A stretch of 63,894 nt of DNA, the filler included, from Perkinsus olseni (lineage: Eukaryota), in assembly GCA_013115125.1 (NCBI GenBank). It is 9 parts of 9 records of this genome, joined end to end, with 100 filler letters (N's around TTAATTAATTAA, not from the genome) between each part and the next. Parts side by side here need not be neighbours in the genome. Positions count along the whole stretch, not along the records: positions 21,515 to 28,545 come from JABANN010001051.1; positions 28,646 to 35,659 come from JABANN010001052.1; positions 35,760 to 42,751 come from JABANN010001053.1; 6 more parts are not named here. One strand, written 5' to 3'. Positions 24,075 through 36,329 of this stretch are shown in pieces. Numbering within the stretch: the first letter of the stretch is position 1; every line of letters starts with the position of its first letter. The translations under genes and the position numbers were made by a program. The notes below the pieces were generated by a model. The model was not told the origin of the DNA, ran no database searches, and saw only the letters and a list, made by a program, of their open reading frames with translations.

Positions 24075-25493
24075 CGTTGAGGAAATGCAAGATAGCAAGA
24101 TTCCGATGCTAACAGGGCATATTGTACATAACACCATACAGTGGCGGCCTGTATTTTACCAAGCAAAACATGGTCCATTGGTCTGCCGTAATTCTGTAGA
24201 GGAAAAAATGAAAGAAGCCATGGTCTACCTAAGATTCCTCTGCTGGAAAGACGCTTCTACTTATTAAATGGAGGTAAACTCCTGGACGTAAAAAGTCTTT
24301 TTACTTACTCGAAGAAGCGCTTGCGTTGGTCATAATGGATCATCGCTCGGGCGTTGTTGTGGCTGCTTCTGAATGGCCTTGTTCTCGGCAGAAAACGGAG
24401 GAGCGGGGCTGCCTTCTCCCATGATGGACCATATGCTGGCTCTGGATGCTCTTGTGGAGGAGGACAGCCGCATTCTTGAGGTTATCGGAGTGCGCGGGGG
24501 GAAAGGGGGCTGGTGAAATTTTTACTGAAAAAAGTTTTTTTCGTTTTTCCGGTTTTTCGGGAAGGTGGTGAACCATGAGTTTCTCTGGGTTCGCGGTTGA
24601 TGGGAGCGTCTTGCTCAGGATATATTTTGCATGATATTTTGTGGAAGTATCTTGTAGAAATTGATAATAGAAGTATCTTGCTGAGGTAAATCCCGCAGGG
24701 TTTTATCGACGGTGAAACCGGCGCGAAAGGGGACAATATTTGTGTGCTAGCAACATTGGCTCGAGCGCTAGCCAGGACGGATTCACCTTCTCGTAATACT
24801 GATCGTGGTCAGGGTGTAATATTCTAGTACTGTCGCGGTACTACCGCGGTATATCTTCCTCGACGAAAGGGAGGCGGTTCTGCTAAACGCGTGAACCCGA
24901 GCCACCTTTCGTCTGACAGTTTGTCTTCATGTTTTCTCGGTAACGATTTGATCGACCCTGCAGCCTCTGCGCGAGGCGATCAATTTGTCTTGAAGATAAT
25001 GCGGTCATAGCCGCAGGACTCCCGGTGGCTGGTCTGCGCCTCGCCATCGAGGACGACGTGACTAGCCCCTAGTCCCTTCTCTTTCCTTCTAGTATCCCAA
25101 TCTGAGCGGCTCTGCAGCCTCTGCGTGAGCCGATCAATCCCACCCTACCCACTAATCGAGACTACGGGTGAGCCTGGACCTGCCCCAATATCCGGGTGTA
25201 GGTCCTCGCTGGGCTGGCCGCTACACGCGTAGGGGTTGTGTACCCGCTGTGCGCAGCCAAACGCAGGAACTGTTGGCGCAAGGCCACAGGAAGGGCATTC
25301 GGCGTAGCTCCTTGTCACCCTCACCGCCTGCAGGTCCGTCGTGGCCACCGCCCCGACTCCCAGTCCCCGTAGTTAGAGGTTTCATGTAGAGGTNNNNNNN
25401 NNNNNNNNNNNNNNNNNNNNNNNNNNNNNNNNNNNNNNNNNNNNNNNNNNNNNNNNNNNNNNNNNNNNNNNNNNNNNNNNNNNNNNNNNNNNG

Positions 25494-25591
25494 TGATAAT
25501 AGAAGTATCTTGTAGAGGTTGATAATAGAAGTATCTTGTAGAGGTTGATAATAGAAGTATCTTGTAGAGGTTGATAATAGAAGTATCTTGT
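25494..25591. repeat. 26-bp minisatellite at an internal gap, with a related partial copy at 24644-24686
   Basis: Unit gataatagaagtatcttgtagaggtt. Confidence 0.9.
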
Positions 25592-26511
25592 ATAAAGATA
25601 CGCTGTTACAATACAACATAAGTACACTGTGAGACTATGCTGTGAAAATTTATGAAAAGATACTTGTTCCAACCCCGAAGAAGCGCATGATAAAAGGAAA
25701 TGGAGTTGAAGAACCTTCCTTCGCGGCAAGCCCTCGGCCGGTCCTAAATTAGAGGGGGTGACGCGGTCTTACACGCACAGTGGTTGGCCTTCTCACGAGG
25801 GTTTACAACTTTAGGATTCCTGCTGCTGGTTGGAGCTTTCACTGCAACTGGGAAATAAAACTGGGGAGTAGCGCGAGTTAACGAACGAGTGGTAAAGAAA
25901 GTGCGAATAATAAATGCATCATAGGAGAGAAATTTGTCATTACCAATTTTCTCGCAACTTGTCTTCAATTTGATCGGGTTGTCAGGGTTCGTCGGCCAGC
26001 GCCATCACTCCCTTCCCTACTACAACGCCATCCGTCCCTCCGGGGCTCGGTGGGCCTGTGAAGGGGCCCGGTGTTATTGATCGGAGCGTTCCGGAAGGAG
26101 TGGTACGAAATACGGTGAAGTTGCTGGCTGGTCGTGGGGGAAATATCCGACTCGGAAAATTCCTGAGTGAATATGAGAAAAAGTAAAAAGGGTGGTCATT
26201 TTCTGAGCGATTTTTGTGGCAGGTTCGGGTCGAATTTCGTGGCGCGTGACTATGGATTTGGGTGTCTAAGATTGGCCTTGCTCTCACTTCCGGGCGTCAC
26301 GTTGACGACTGATCGCGTGTGGCTTTGGAGTTGTCGAAGTTGTGGTATGATGCCGGATCCCGCTACAGGGCTGTGCAAGTGTGAGCGAGTATAATTTCGT
26401 GGCGCGCGGTAATTTTTTCTCATGGGCAGGTGAACGAATTTGAATGCATTCTCGAGTCTGTGTACCGTTTTTACCGCGGGTGTTGTGTAAGAGACGCTGC
26501 CTTCATCCTGA

Positions 26512-27498
26512 ATGGTAGTTTTTTTCCTCATCATCATGATGATGCTGATGATGATAGTCGTACTCTTGCCGGCGGTGGTACTTTCAAGTTCGCCGGAGAA
26601 GCGTCTCGTGAGAAAACGGCGACGTGAGGATGGGTCCCCTGAGGAGAGGAAATGGTATTTTGCTTTCTCCGCGGAGCGTCTTGGTGAGATGGTGGACAAA
26701 GCGTTTGCTGAGTACGAGGGCGAGGAAGATGAGGAGACGCCTCCTGAAAGGTTGAAGGGGAGCCTATCAGAAGGGTCCGGGACGGCAGCCGGTATGCCTC
26801 AGGTAAAGACGATAGGTGACGCGACTGGGGGAAAAATTGTCGACCAAAAAGATGAGGAGAAAGAGGATTCCTTTGAAGGAGTTAAAGGGAGCCTGTCAAG
26901 AGGGCGGGGTACCACCGACGGGGAGTTTCTGGGGAAGATGGTTGATGACGCTATTGAGAAAGGGTTTGCCGAGGGCGATGATGAGGGAGAGATGGCGCCC
27001 GAACGGAAGTTGAATCTACTACAGATGCTTTTCAAAGAGGATACCTTGGTTGAGGCTGGCGTGTTGAGTAGTGGCACCTACGTGGCGGATATACGTGCGA
27101 ATAGCGGAAAAGTTGGTATTCTGGTAGTCGATCTCTCGGCCAGCCTCAGTGCCCCTCAAATAGAGCTTCGTTACCAGGCGGAAAGGTATGCTCCCGACTG
27201 GAGCGGTGCTTTGCTGTTGTCACCCTTCTACTCGCCTCGCGGAAAGTGGTACCGGGTCGCCAGCAGCAGGGGAGTCGATAAGATTTTGTCGAGGATGCAG
27301 AAGAGTTTCGAAAGGAGTGGTATGGCTCTGGATGGTCGTAACTTCACTCACCTCACCATGTTTATTGGTAAGGACACCCTCGAGCGGCGTGACGATGATG
27401 ATGGGAAGCTTTATATCGACTTTGCCAGGAAGGAAGGCGTCCATAGTGATTATTATAGGATAGTACTCGGGGCTAGTCGACGATGGGATGCTCAATAA
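26512..27498 (+). CDS. Putative secreted hypothetical protein with a basic patch and acidic internal repeats
   Basis: 328-aa intronless ORF with a hydrophobic N-terminus and KRLVRKRRR. The LGxMVDxAxxx segment occurs twice. Confidence 0.75.
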   Translation: MVVFFLIIMMMLMMIVVLLPAVVLSSSPEKRLVRKRRREDGSPEERKWYFAFSAERLGEMVDKAFAEYEGEEDEETPPERLKGSLSEGSGTAAGMPQVKTIGDATGGKIVDQKDEEKEDSFEGVKGSLSRGRGTTDGEFLGKMVDDAIEKGFAEGDDEGEMAPERKLNLLQMLFKEDTLVEAGVLSSGTYVADIRANSGKVGILVVDLSASLSAPQIELRYQAERYAPDWSGALLLSPFYSPRGKWYRVASSRGVDKILSRMQKSFERSGMALDGRNFTHLTMFIGKDTLERRDDDDGKLYIDFARKEGVHSDYYRIVLGASRRWDAQ

Positions 27499-28301
27499 TC
27501 ACGATCCACGCATTCTACCGACCGGTCGGCGGTAACATCGATCTTTATATTTGTTCCAAAGTGTTGGTATATTGACGAATTCTCATCTCTATTCTCAGCT
27601 GCCTTCTTCTGTTCGACAAGTGTATCAGCTGTTGTTAACAACAACCCTTTCCAGTGTTGATCATACATCGACATTCCCATGATGCAGAGGTTGGGAGTGT
27701 GAGGAGTGAGTGGCTCTACTCTGACCTGTGCCACCGTCAATGGTATCAGAACCGGCAACCAGGCTGTAGCCTGTGTCTGCTGCCAAGGTTCAGGAGAGCT
27801 GCCCGACCCCAAACTCGTCTGCGTCGAGTCAGCAGTCTCTAGTATCCTAGTTCCACATCCAGGGAGCGAAGGGCATCGAGTCAGCATCCGCCATCATTAC
27901 AGCCATAACCACATGACTGTACCCATTGATAGCTCTAGCTCCGAGGTCTTCTGCACTACTGCAACTCACTCAAATTTTGTGGCGCGCGAAAATTCCTGTT
28001 GTGTACTCCCGGCTTTGCGTGTTCTTTGTGACCACGCCAACCCTCCTGCGTATGATTGCTCGTCCTATATTTGCCCAGCGTCCAGGGTGAGCAATGATCA
28101 GCGGTGAGTCCTTGGAGCCGGCTTCGCGGGAAGAACCGGGCAAGTAGTTTCAGTATGGTTGGTTTGCTTAGCACGTAGAGCGGCTTGTTGGCCTTCGTTC
28201 GGCCCGGGTTCGAATCTTTGTTAAGACATTTTTCGTGATTGGTGCGTGAAGGAACGAATCCAAAGAGACGCCCTCTTCACGCGGTTTCAGTTTTTTCTCT
28301 G

Positions 28302-28545
28302 ATGATGAAGCTACTCGGGATAGTCGTGGTCTTGCCGGCTGTGGTCAATGCAAGCTCGCCGGAGAAGCCTCGCGGGAGGAAACGCCTGGGGCCCGGGAGT
28401 AGACCGGCTGATGAAACAGAAGAGTATTTCCAGTTTCCGAAAAAGACTGCAGAGGAGATGATGGAAAAGGCATTCGCTGAGTGCAAGGAGGAGGGGGAGA
28501 AGACGTCTCCTGTGAGGGAAGAGGACGAGGGGACTGGGGTGGGAG
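28302..28545 (+). CDS. 5' part of a tandem paralog of 26512..27498, truncated at contig end
   Basis: IVVVLPAVVNASSPEK...RKR...YFQF...EMMEKAFAE aligns with IVVLLPAVVLSSSPEK...RKR...YFAF...EMVDKAFAE. Confidence 0.75.
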
Positions 28546-28645
28546 NNNNNNNNNNNNNNNNNNNNNNNNNNNNNNNNNNNNNNNNNNNNTTAATTAATTA
28601 ANNNNNNNNNNNNNNNNNNNNNNNNNNNNNNNNNNNNNNNNNNNN
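28546..28645. other. Artificial contig spacer 4
   Basis: 44 N + TTAATTAATTAA + 44 N. Confidence 0.97.
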
Positions 28646-29199
28646 GAGTGGTGAAGATCTTGAGCCTCAGCCCTTCATTGGACCTCAGCTCCCAGCGGGG
28701 TTCACACGGCCCGCTACATCATCATCACCTTCCGACTTATTAACACTCGTGTATATCACAATCCGCGAATGGCAATGGAGAGCCGTTATCCAGCACGGCC
28801 AAGGGCATCACCGAAATGCCTTCTGAGAGGGCCACTTGGGTGGGACATGAAGGACTACCACTCCATCACCACTTCACGCAACTCATCCGAGGGGGTGGAC
28901 AGAATAGTTTTTTGGGAGCCTGGGTGAATGTCGGCCAAAGATCTACCGAGCGGCCAGGCAGAAAGGACTCCCTTCAAGGGAGGAGGCAGAGGCTGTTGAC
29001 GCTACGCTCTCCAACGCTTCGCTCTTCGACCTAGGATCATGACGATAGAACGCTCGGAGAGATCTTCACGAAGAAACGAAAGCCTTCTGTGTTGCAAGGG
29101 GTCACTCGACTCGACAGTGGACGGGAGCAGCCAACGACCGTCGTGAACCCATGGCACCGAAAGGACTCATCGCTTTCCGGCATTAGTAATTTTGTTTAG
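28646..29199 (+). CDS. 3' exons of an unidentified gene
   Basis: Open segments (EPQPFIGPQLPAG; last exon 29035-29199 DHDDRTLGEIFTKKRK...SNFV*) with short GT-AG introns. Confidence 0.4.
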
Positions 29200-29208
29200 T
29201 CGTCCTCC

Positions 29209-31688
29209 ATGAATGCTCATAACTCCCTTTTCTTTCTTCTCTTCCTGACCATCGTGTCGTCCTGCTCGGCCACGTCGTCTTCCACTGGAGAGGGCGAGGC
29301 CAAGAAGAATGCTCTGCAGCAGTTGACAGAGCAAGCCTTTGAGGACACTCGAGGGAGGTAATACCCGGTAGTGAGTACTGAGTCACTGCACGAGAAAAGA
29401 TATCTACGTCCCTCACTACGGTGACGGCGATCTTCGAAGGTGAAAGAACCACGCACGTGCCATCGTCAATGCTTGTCAAGACTAAAACACAAAGCGCTGG
29501 ATTGAGAAAAGATTGATAGATTATGCATGGGCAGCAATTATGTTCTGTTCCATCAGTAATTTTCATCTTCATCTGAAAGGACAATTATTGTATTAATGAT
29601 TACAATAGTATTGTTTCGCATTATATTGTTACTCTATTCTATGGAGAGGTTGATAATAGATACAGTCAATGTCGACTCACCACCAGCCGTTCTGTTATGG
29701 CTGCACGGCGTAACTTGTGAAGGACTCATGGGTCCTGGCACGACAATTCTTCGAGAGTTGTCGTCGTTTTTCAAGACTCGCGGTCACACCCTTGCGTTGT
29801 CAAATAATTATCATTCTCTATTCTTGCATTGGAGAGAAGCGATCAGACGAAAATTGGGAGAGGAATCAATAATGCTCACCGCAGTTTGTAAATTAGTGCT
29901 TAAGAACGTCTGGTCTCTGCCGCTTCCCCGAGCACCGATAAGTTCACCATGGAGAGAATTTTGCATGGACGCTGCTTCTCAGGTCTGCCATAATAACCTT
30001 GGATACTCACGACTACAAGGAGCTCATCATCGATAACCCTCGTCCGTACCATGTCTTCGTGTTGATAACAGCACCCCAGGCAGTTTGTGACGTGTGTGAC
30101 CCGATCGGCAAGTCCTTCAGTCAGGCCGCCATCTCACATTATATGGTAATAACTTGCTGGGGAAATGATGCCACTAGAGCTGCGAATTCAACGGTGGGCC
30201 AATAACCGAAGCAGAACTGAGGCAGTATCTCAGCACTGCCATTAAGTTCTGCTGCTGCTATCATATGGCATAGTGGCCTCACAGACTGTTCATCGATCAA
30301 CCCACTCGAGTCTGGAGTTCAGCAACTCCCTTTCAGGCGGATGAGGAGGAGGAGGAGGAGCCTGTCTTCTTCGTGCAACTAGATGCTTTCAATAACAGGG
30401 ACTTCCAGACAATTCACGGCTTCAAGTCGGTTCCTCATCTGGTAGTACTCACGAACAGCGGAAGGGCCTTATTGGCGAGTAGCTCTTTATTTTCACTCCG
30501 ATCGGGAACGACATTGTCGGCGTTAGTGTCACTCCGCCAATGGCTGTGCGTCGCTGGTGGGCATGAAAAATCCCGTGTTTGTCATCTCCGCTTTGTCAGG
30601 TCCACTTGCATGAAGGTTCCAAATTGAAGCATCGGAAGTCCTCGATGGAGTACCGCATCCCGCCGGCCGAGACGTACCACCAAACTCAGTTGGAGCCTCC
30701 GGTCGGGGAGATACTCGACTGGATGAACACCAAAACTGGCAGGCATGTCGAAGTCTACGTATCAAGACATGATAGGCTGATGGTAGTGATGGCGGCGGTG
30801 GTGGTGGACTAACCGTACCACATCTTCCCATAATCACCGAGCATTCCTGAATCCGGACTTTGAAATCTCTCGATCATTTACGCTCAGCTGTTCGGGCCCT
30901 CGGCATGACGCTGCAGCCGAGTTGCACGTGATGAGCATCAACGTTCCCATCTGCTGTCAACCGTGCGTCTTACACAGCTTACCAGACCCTTCTCCTCAGC
31001 ACACCTTCAAATTAGCGTCCCTAGCGGTAGCAGCCGTCGCCCTGCTCCTGTACGGTCTGTATGCTGCGAGAAGGTGGCCCATCGTTTGTGTCATTGCTGC
31101 GTTATTTATAGAGGTAATTGCTTGAAGGACGCTCCCGGTCTTCACTTGGTCATGGCAGATGATCTCCACCTCGGGTATCTTCTACGGCTTGCTCAATGGA
31201 ATGGTGCTGGTCGGCAAGGGTAGGAATGGCGAGCCGGAATACATTATGAGGGGGGTAAGAGCTCTTGGCTTACTACCAGTCTGAGTAAGTTCACCTCCTG
31301 TATCAGTTCCGTGGCCAGTATCTCGGCGAGGGCCTCTTCTGTTCGTCCATGATGATTGTGTCGGGGCTGTCCCTGCTAGTCGCGGCTCGAGCCCCCTATT
31401 GGATCAACTCGAGGAAGTCTCGGTTTCTGTGTAAGGCGTTGTCGCCGTGCAAGAGTGGTAGCTGTCCTTCATTCTCAGCTTTGGCCTTCTTGGGCCTCAG
31501 TCTGGTCAGTGGCTGGAGTGTCTGGCAGTGTTACAAATACAAAACTGGAATGTAGGGGGGACGGCGACCAGAGTTGTGTTCACTACGATTCATCGTTCTA
31601 TTATTACAGGTACTCGTCACCGGGTTGGTTTCCACAGCCAGGAGCCAAGCACGGGTCCATTCGGAATGACCAAGGCTTCAGTTTCTAA
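29209..31688 (+). CDS. Oligosaccharyltransferase OST3/OST6 (MAGT1/TUSC3-like) subunit, multi-exon
   Basis: Signal peptide, then a thioredoxin-like exon (YKELIIDNPRPYHVFVLITA...CDVC) and VFFVQLD...FKSVPHL. TM exons include TSGIFYGLLNG and GQYLGEG; ends DQGFSF*. Confidence 0.88.
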
Positions 31689-31708
31689 AGTTCCTCTGTG
31701 AGATGCTA

Positions 31709-31744
<36 letters not shown>

Positions 31745-31999
31745 CAACTGTTGCGTTGGAGGCGGACTGTGTAACAGGCGGGAAGTCTGCGGCTGAGGTT
31801 GCAGTGGCAGGCTCCTCAGCTTTTTGGTCAGGGACACAGCACGCGGCGGAGTGGCTGGATGGTGAGGCCTGTTCAGGTGAGGGAGGGAGGCTGTCTCCCT
31901 TCGAAGGAGCCGGGCAGGGAGGGTCGCCCCTTCCCGTGAGTAGATGGATGCGGTATTGTGTCCTTTCTGCGAGTGAGATGTCTACTTGGCTGCTACTCC

Positions 32000-34298
32000 G
32001 AGTTGCAGTATCTTAGCCTAGCGTTCAGTGAGCCTACGATTGAGCATATTGGTAGATAAGCTCCTCCTATGTTTTCTTTAGTGTTGTGTTTCCTCCATGG
32101 GAGAGAGTGAGAGGGCAACGACACTCAACGGTGACGGGGATCCTTGCCGCCAAGAGGATATCCCTTCTGGCCAGCTCGGGCGGCATCAACGCCGCCACTA
32201 CCACTACAAGTGTTGGATCCTGCTTCGGAGCAGGATGGGCATGGCCCTGAGTTGACTGAAGTTAGTTGTTAGTGTGCTCCCGAGATAGGGTCATCGCTGG
32301 GGGCTCTGGAGAGATACTGCCGATACTGCCAGTATCGCCCGTATCATACTGTCTGAGGTTGTCAGCCAGCCAGTATCATCATACTGTCTGAGGTTGTCAG
32401 CCAGCCAGTATCATCATACTGTCTGAGGTTGTCAGCCAGCCAGTATCATCATANNNNNNNNNNNNNNNNNNNNNNNNNNNNNNNNNNNNNNNNNNNNNNN
32501 NNNNNNNNNNNNNNNNNNNNNNNNNNNNNNNNNNNNNNNNNNNNNNNNNNATGCTGTCTGAGGTTGTCAGCCAGTATCATACTGGGTAGCAGTGGTGACT
32601 CATCACCGATGTATGGCCAGCCGACCATGGACAGCATCTCAGGCGATGTCGGAAACTCGGGAATAATCTCGTAGTGGACCGATGGAGGGAGGGACGATGC
32701 AAAGACGTCGTGAGCAAGTGTCTGCTAGATACATGAACACTACACCATGCTCGGAAGTGACATGAACAACAGGGCACAGCATCAGCAACAGCACAACGTA
32801 GTTTATCATTGGGAGCCGACAACTTCCCAGGCCTAATCTCAATGGATTGGACCTAGTAAAGAACCCAGGCCTCTAGTGGCCGCCCGTGGAACAGCCTCAT
32901 CTTTCCATATCTGATATTCGTGATTGGTTCTTGCTTGACGTCCTTGAGATAGTCGTAGATCTTGGAGTTGGTTTTGCTCGGTAGTAGCCACGTGAGTATG
33001 CTCCTGATATCATATTCAAGGCCCTGCTCGTCGCCACGAGTATCCTCCTCCCGGGCGATGTAGTTCATGTAGCTGTCCAACTGCGTTTCGCAGACACTCA
33101 TCAGGTAGGCATCAGTCCACTCCTCCGTGGCCTCCGGGAGGATGCGCTTCGCCGTCGCCTCCATCTTTTTTAGCCTTCCCGAGTCGAGCTTCGGCTCGAA
33201 CCCTCTGAACGGACGAAGATGAACCGGTGTATAGAAGGGGGGATGCCATAGGAGACGAAAGTAAGCACCAAGCTGATGTTGTGTCCTTACGGGATGAAGT
33301 TTGACATGGCGGTCGACAATCTAGATATCTTGAAACCTTCTGAAGGTGTAGTAGTTTCTAGTCTGATCCACGTGCTCCAGGTAACCTGTAGAGAAGAGAT
33401 AATACACAGGCTAGTATGCCACATGCAAACATGCGGGGTTACAGTAGCCTTTCTACTATGCCACGGTGGCATTGCCACCTGTGATACGGCATATAGTTCG
33501 ATCCATCGACATATCACTGGAAGCAGCAAAAACTCACGGTCCCGTTTTTGCCATCAATCCGTTTCAGTTCCCTTGTTTGAAAAGCCTCGCAGCCAGGAGG
33601 GTCCCTCGCGACGTTCTTCAACGTTGAATTGGATGGAAGAGGGAGTGGTAGCTCGCTCTTATCAACTCCGTGGTTCAAGGCTCTTTGCATCTGCGCTTCC
33701 CATGGTGGTAGACCAGCGAAGTACTTCATCAGGAGCTGCTTCAGGGCGGGAGCTGTTCTGCTCGCTTCAGCTTTCTTATCTCTTGCCTCCTCACTCGCTG
33801 CCACAGGTTGTTTCTCATTTGCGAGGGCGTTTCCAAAAATCTTGAATCTCCTCATCAGCTCGGCCCCGAAGGACAGATCGAGCAGGTATCCATACCTTAC
33901 AACAACGTTCTCACGTGACCCATCCAAGAAGGGCTACCGTCGGTGTACTACCGTCGTGAGATCATCTCATTGGCAACGAAGGCCAACTCTCCTCCATTGT
34001 CATAGCCCAGATGGCACTGACAGGAGTGCTTGCGTGACTGAAGCCTAGAGGGTTTTATCACCTGTTCATGATCATCACCTCCTTGGTGACTCATACTCAA
34101 GAGGTCAGTGGGCTCATACTGTCGAGGTGCAGGCTGACGGCCATCAGTTGCCTGAGAGGAGGTAGCAGCATTCGGATGTATCATACTATGCAGCTGGACA
34201 CTCACTGGACCGGTAGGTTCAGACCGTCTCAGCATCCCCTCCACCGAATGGAGCATTAGTGTTGTTAGTAGAATGAAAGATGGCCAGCTCGTCATCAT
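32000..34298 (-). CDS. Putative secreted multi-exon hypothetical protein; 3' end uncertain
   Basis: Start MMTSWPSFILLTTLMLHSVEG, with long protein-like exons at 33514-33927 and 32853-33164. Confidence 0.55.
32341..32584. repeat. 35-bp minisatellite spanning an internal gap
   Basis: Unit gtatcatcatactgtctgaggttgtcagccagcca. Confidence 0.9.
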
Positions 34299-35659
34299 GG
34301 AGAGGGAAACAACGCTTTTTTGGAAGTGGTTTGTTCTCACTGAGTCGCCATGAACTTAGTTTGATGCGCAGAATTTGGTACTTGTTCCAATGATCTATCG
34401 GTCCTTGATTCATCCATAGTCGGGAATCCATCAAATGCCGCTGAAGAACCTACCTCCGCTGATGGCCTCAGCTCAACTACAACCTACTAATAGTAAGTTA
34501 CTATCGGGTCATGCGCAAGTTGCCCAGCGCAACGGAAGGTTGAGCTGAGAATGCTGATCAAGCGTCACGCAGCGTGACTAGTGACGCTGAAGGCAGCGAG
34601 CTATCACGGGAAAATAGAAGGTGCCCGAACTGAGAGGCGTATCGAGCGCTCGCCAAGGCAATAGATTGGCTCGAGTCACTACTGGTGAGTCACCTGCTTG
34701 CTTGTACTACAATCCCTCTAGCACGTGAGAATTGTTCGATAAGTAATTGGTAGCATTTGTCGCAGCATGACAACCGGAGTAGTACTCCGGGGATACCGCG
34801 GTGAATTGTAAGGTGAACTGCAGGTTACTCCGCATTATGATTTGGCCAGTTCTTATGTAGCCTACACAGTGAATCATTTACTGCCCGTAACGTATTGCCG
34901 CTCGGCGCGAGGTGAAGCGCGGGACAGGAAGAAAGGCTCGAAACTCGAATGTCTTATGGCAATTATCATACGAAGAGCCAAATCGGTTTTCAACCGCCAC
35001 GAATCGCGACTGCGAATCACAGTGTTGCCTGCGCCGCCGGCTGTCAACATGGGTGGTCCGACACAATAGCTGTGGACCGCCGGGCACAACAGACAGGTCG
35101 GAATCCGGCCATCGGCTTCTGCCGAATGTCGGCTGCCGAAATAGTATCCGTGGAAATGAATAATCTTGGCGGGATTATTCGTTCTCACTGGGTATTGGTG
35201 GCAAATTAATTTATGCTGATTAAAGGGGCGCTTACTGTTGTCGATGATGGGCGAGTCATCGTGTAATGTAAATAACGCTGATTATATCTTGCTCCGATGA
35301 GGGGCTGCGCTGAGACTAAGCTAGCCCGATGATAATACGGTTACCGTAGGCAACTTCAAGTGGCACAGGTGGCGGCGATAGCGTGTGACCTGAATATTTG
35401 CTCGTGCCAAAACTACAACGCAGAAGAATGTATAAATTCTATCCAATAGAACAACAACAGCAATGCAAGATTCATTCATGGCGAGCTTTTTGACGATTCT
35501 TAAACGGTGGATCACTAATTCCCGTTCAATGTCGCCAGCCTTCCCTGGTCGTGACGTATTTTCTCTTCCTTCTTCTCATCAAACTCACAAGAATCAAGCC
35601 CTGATCAACGGCTGGTCTGAGGTGCATGAGTTCTATTGGCTCTCTCTGAACATTGAGAC

Positions 35660-35759
35660 NNNNNNNNNNNNNNNNNNNNNNNNNNNNNNNNNNNNNNNNN
35701 NNNTTAATTAATTAANNNNNNNNNNNNNNNNNNNNNNNNNNNNNNNNNNNNNNNNNNNN
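35660..35759. other. Artificial contig spacer 5
   Basis: 44 N + TTAATTAATTAA + 44 N. Confidence 0.97.
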
Positions 35760-36329
35760 TGGGGGGCGAATTTAGGGCGAGCGAGATCAGCCTGTCGTAC
35801 AGTATTGGGGTCGTACAGAATTGGAAGTACCAATTACTCGAAACGTTCACTGATACCCGCACTACCGTGGAATAGACATCGATCCCTTTCCGCAAAGCCA
35901 GAACCTTGCGAGGACTGCAGAGTAGCAAGAAATACAGCAAGAGCATTTGAGGCAAGAAATCAACTGCGGGGAGGATGGAAAGCGTATTGACGTGAGTAGT
36001 ATTGACCGTGTCGGCAGCGCGACACGACCTCATTTCATCGTATCGCAAGTTCAGAAAATACCTCACTGACCACGAAGCGAAAATCGTCGCCTGCTGCCTC
36101 GCTTCATCTTGCGTTCTTTGTCCACCCCGCAACCTCCCTCCAAATTCGTCGACTGCCCCCAAAAAACAGCCAAAAATAGCCCATGGTGTAACGGCCGTGG
36201 CGAGCGACACGACAGCCCTCTAAACCCGACACTTGCCCTGGAGAAATGGATTTACTCGGGATTGTTGCTTTCTAGAGCCCTTCGCCAAGTCGTTCCTTCT
36301 CTCCCAGCTTCTCCCCCAACTAACTTTCA

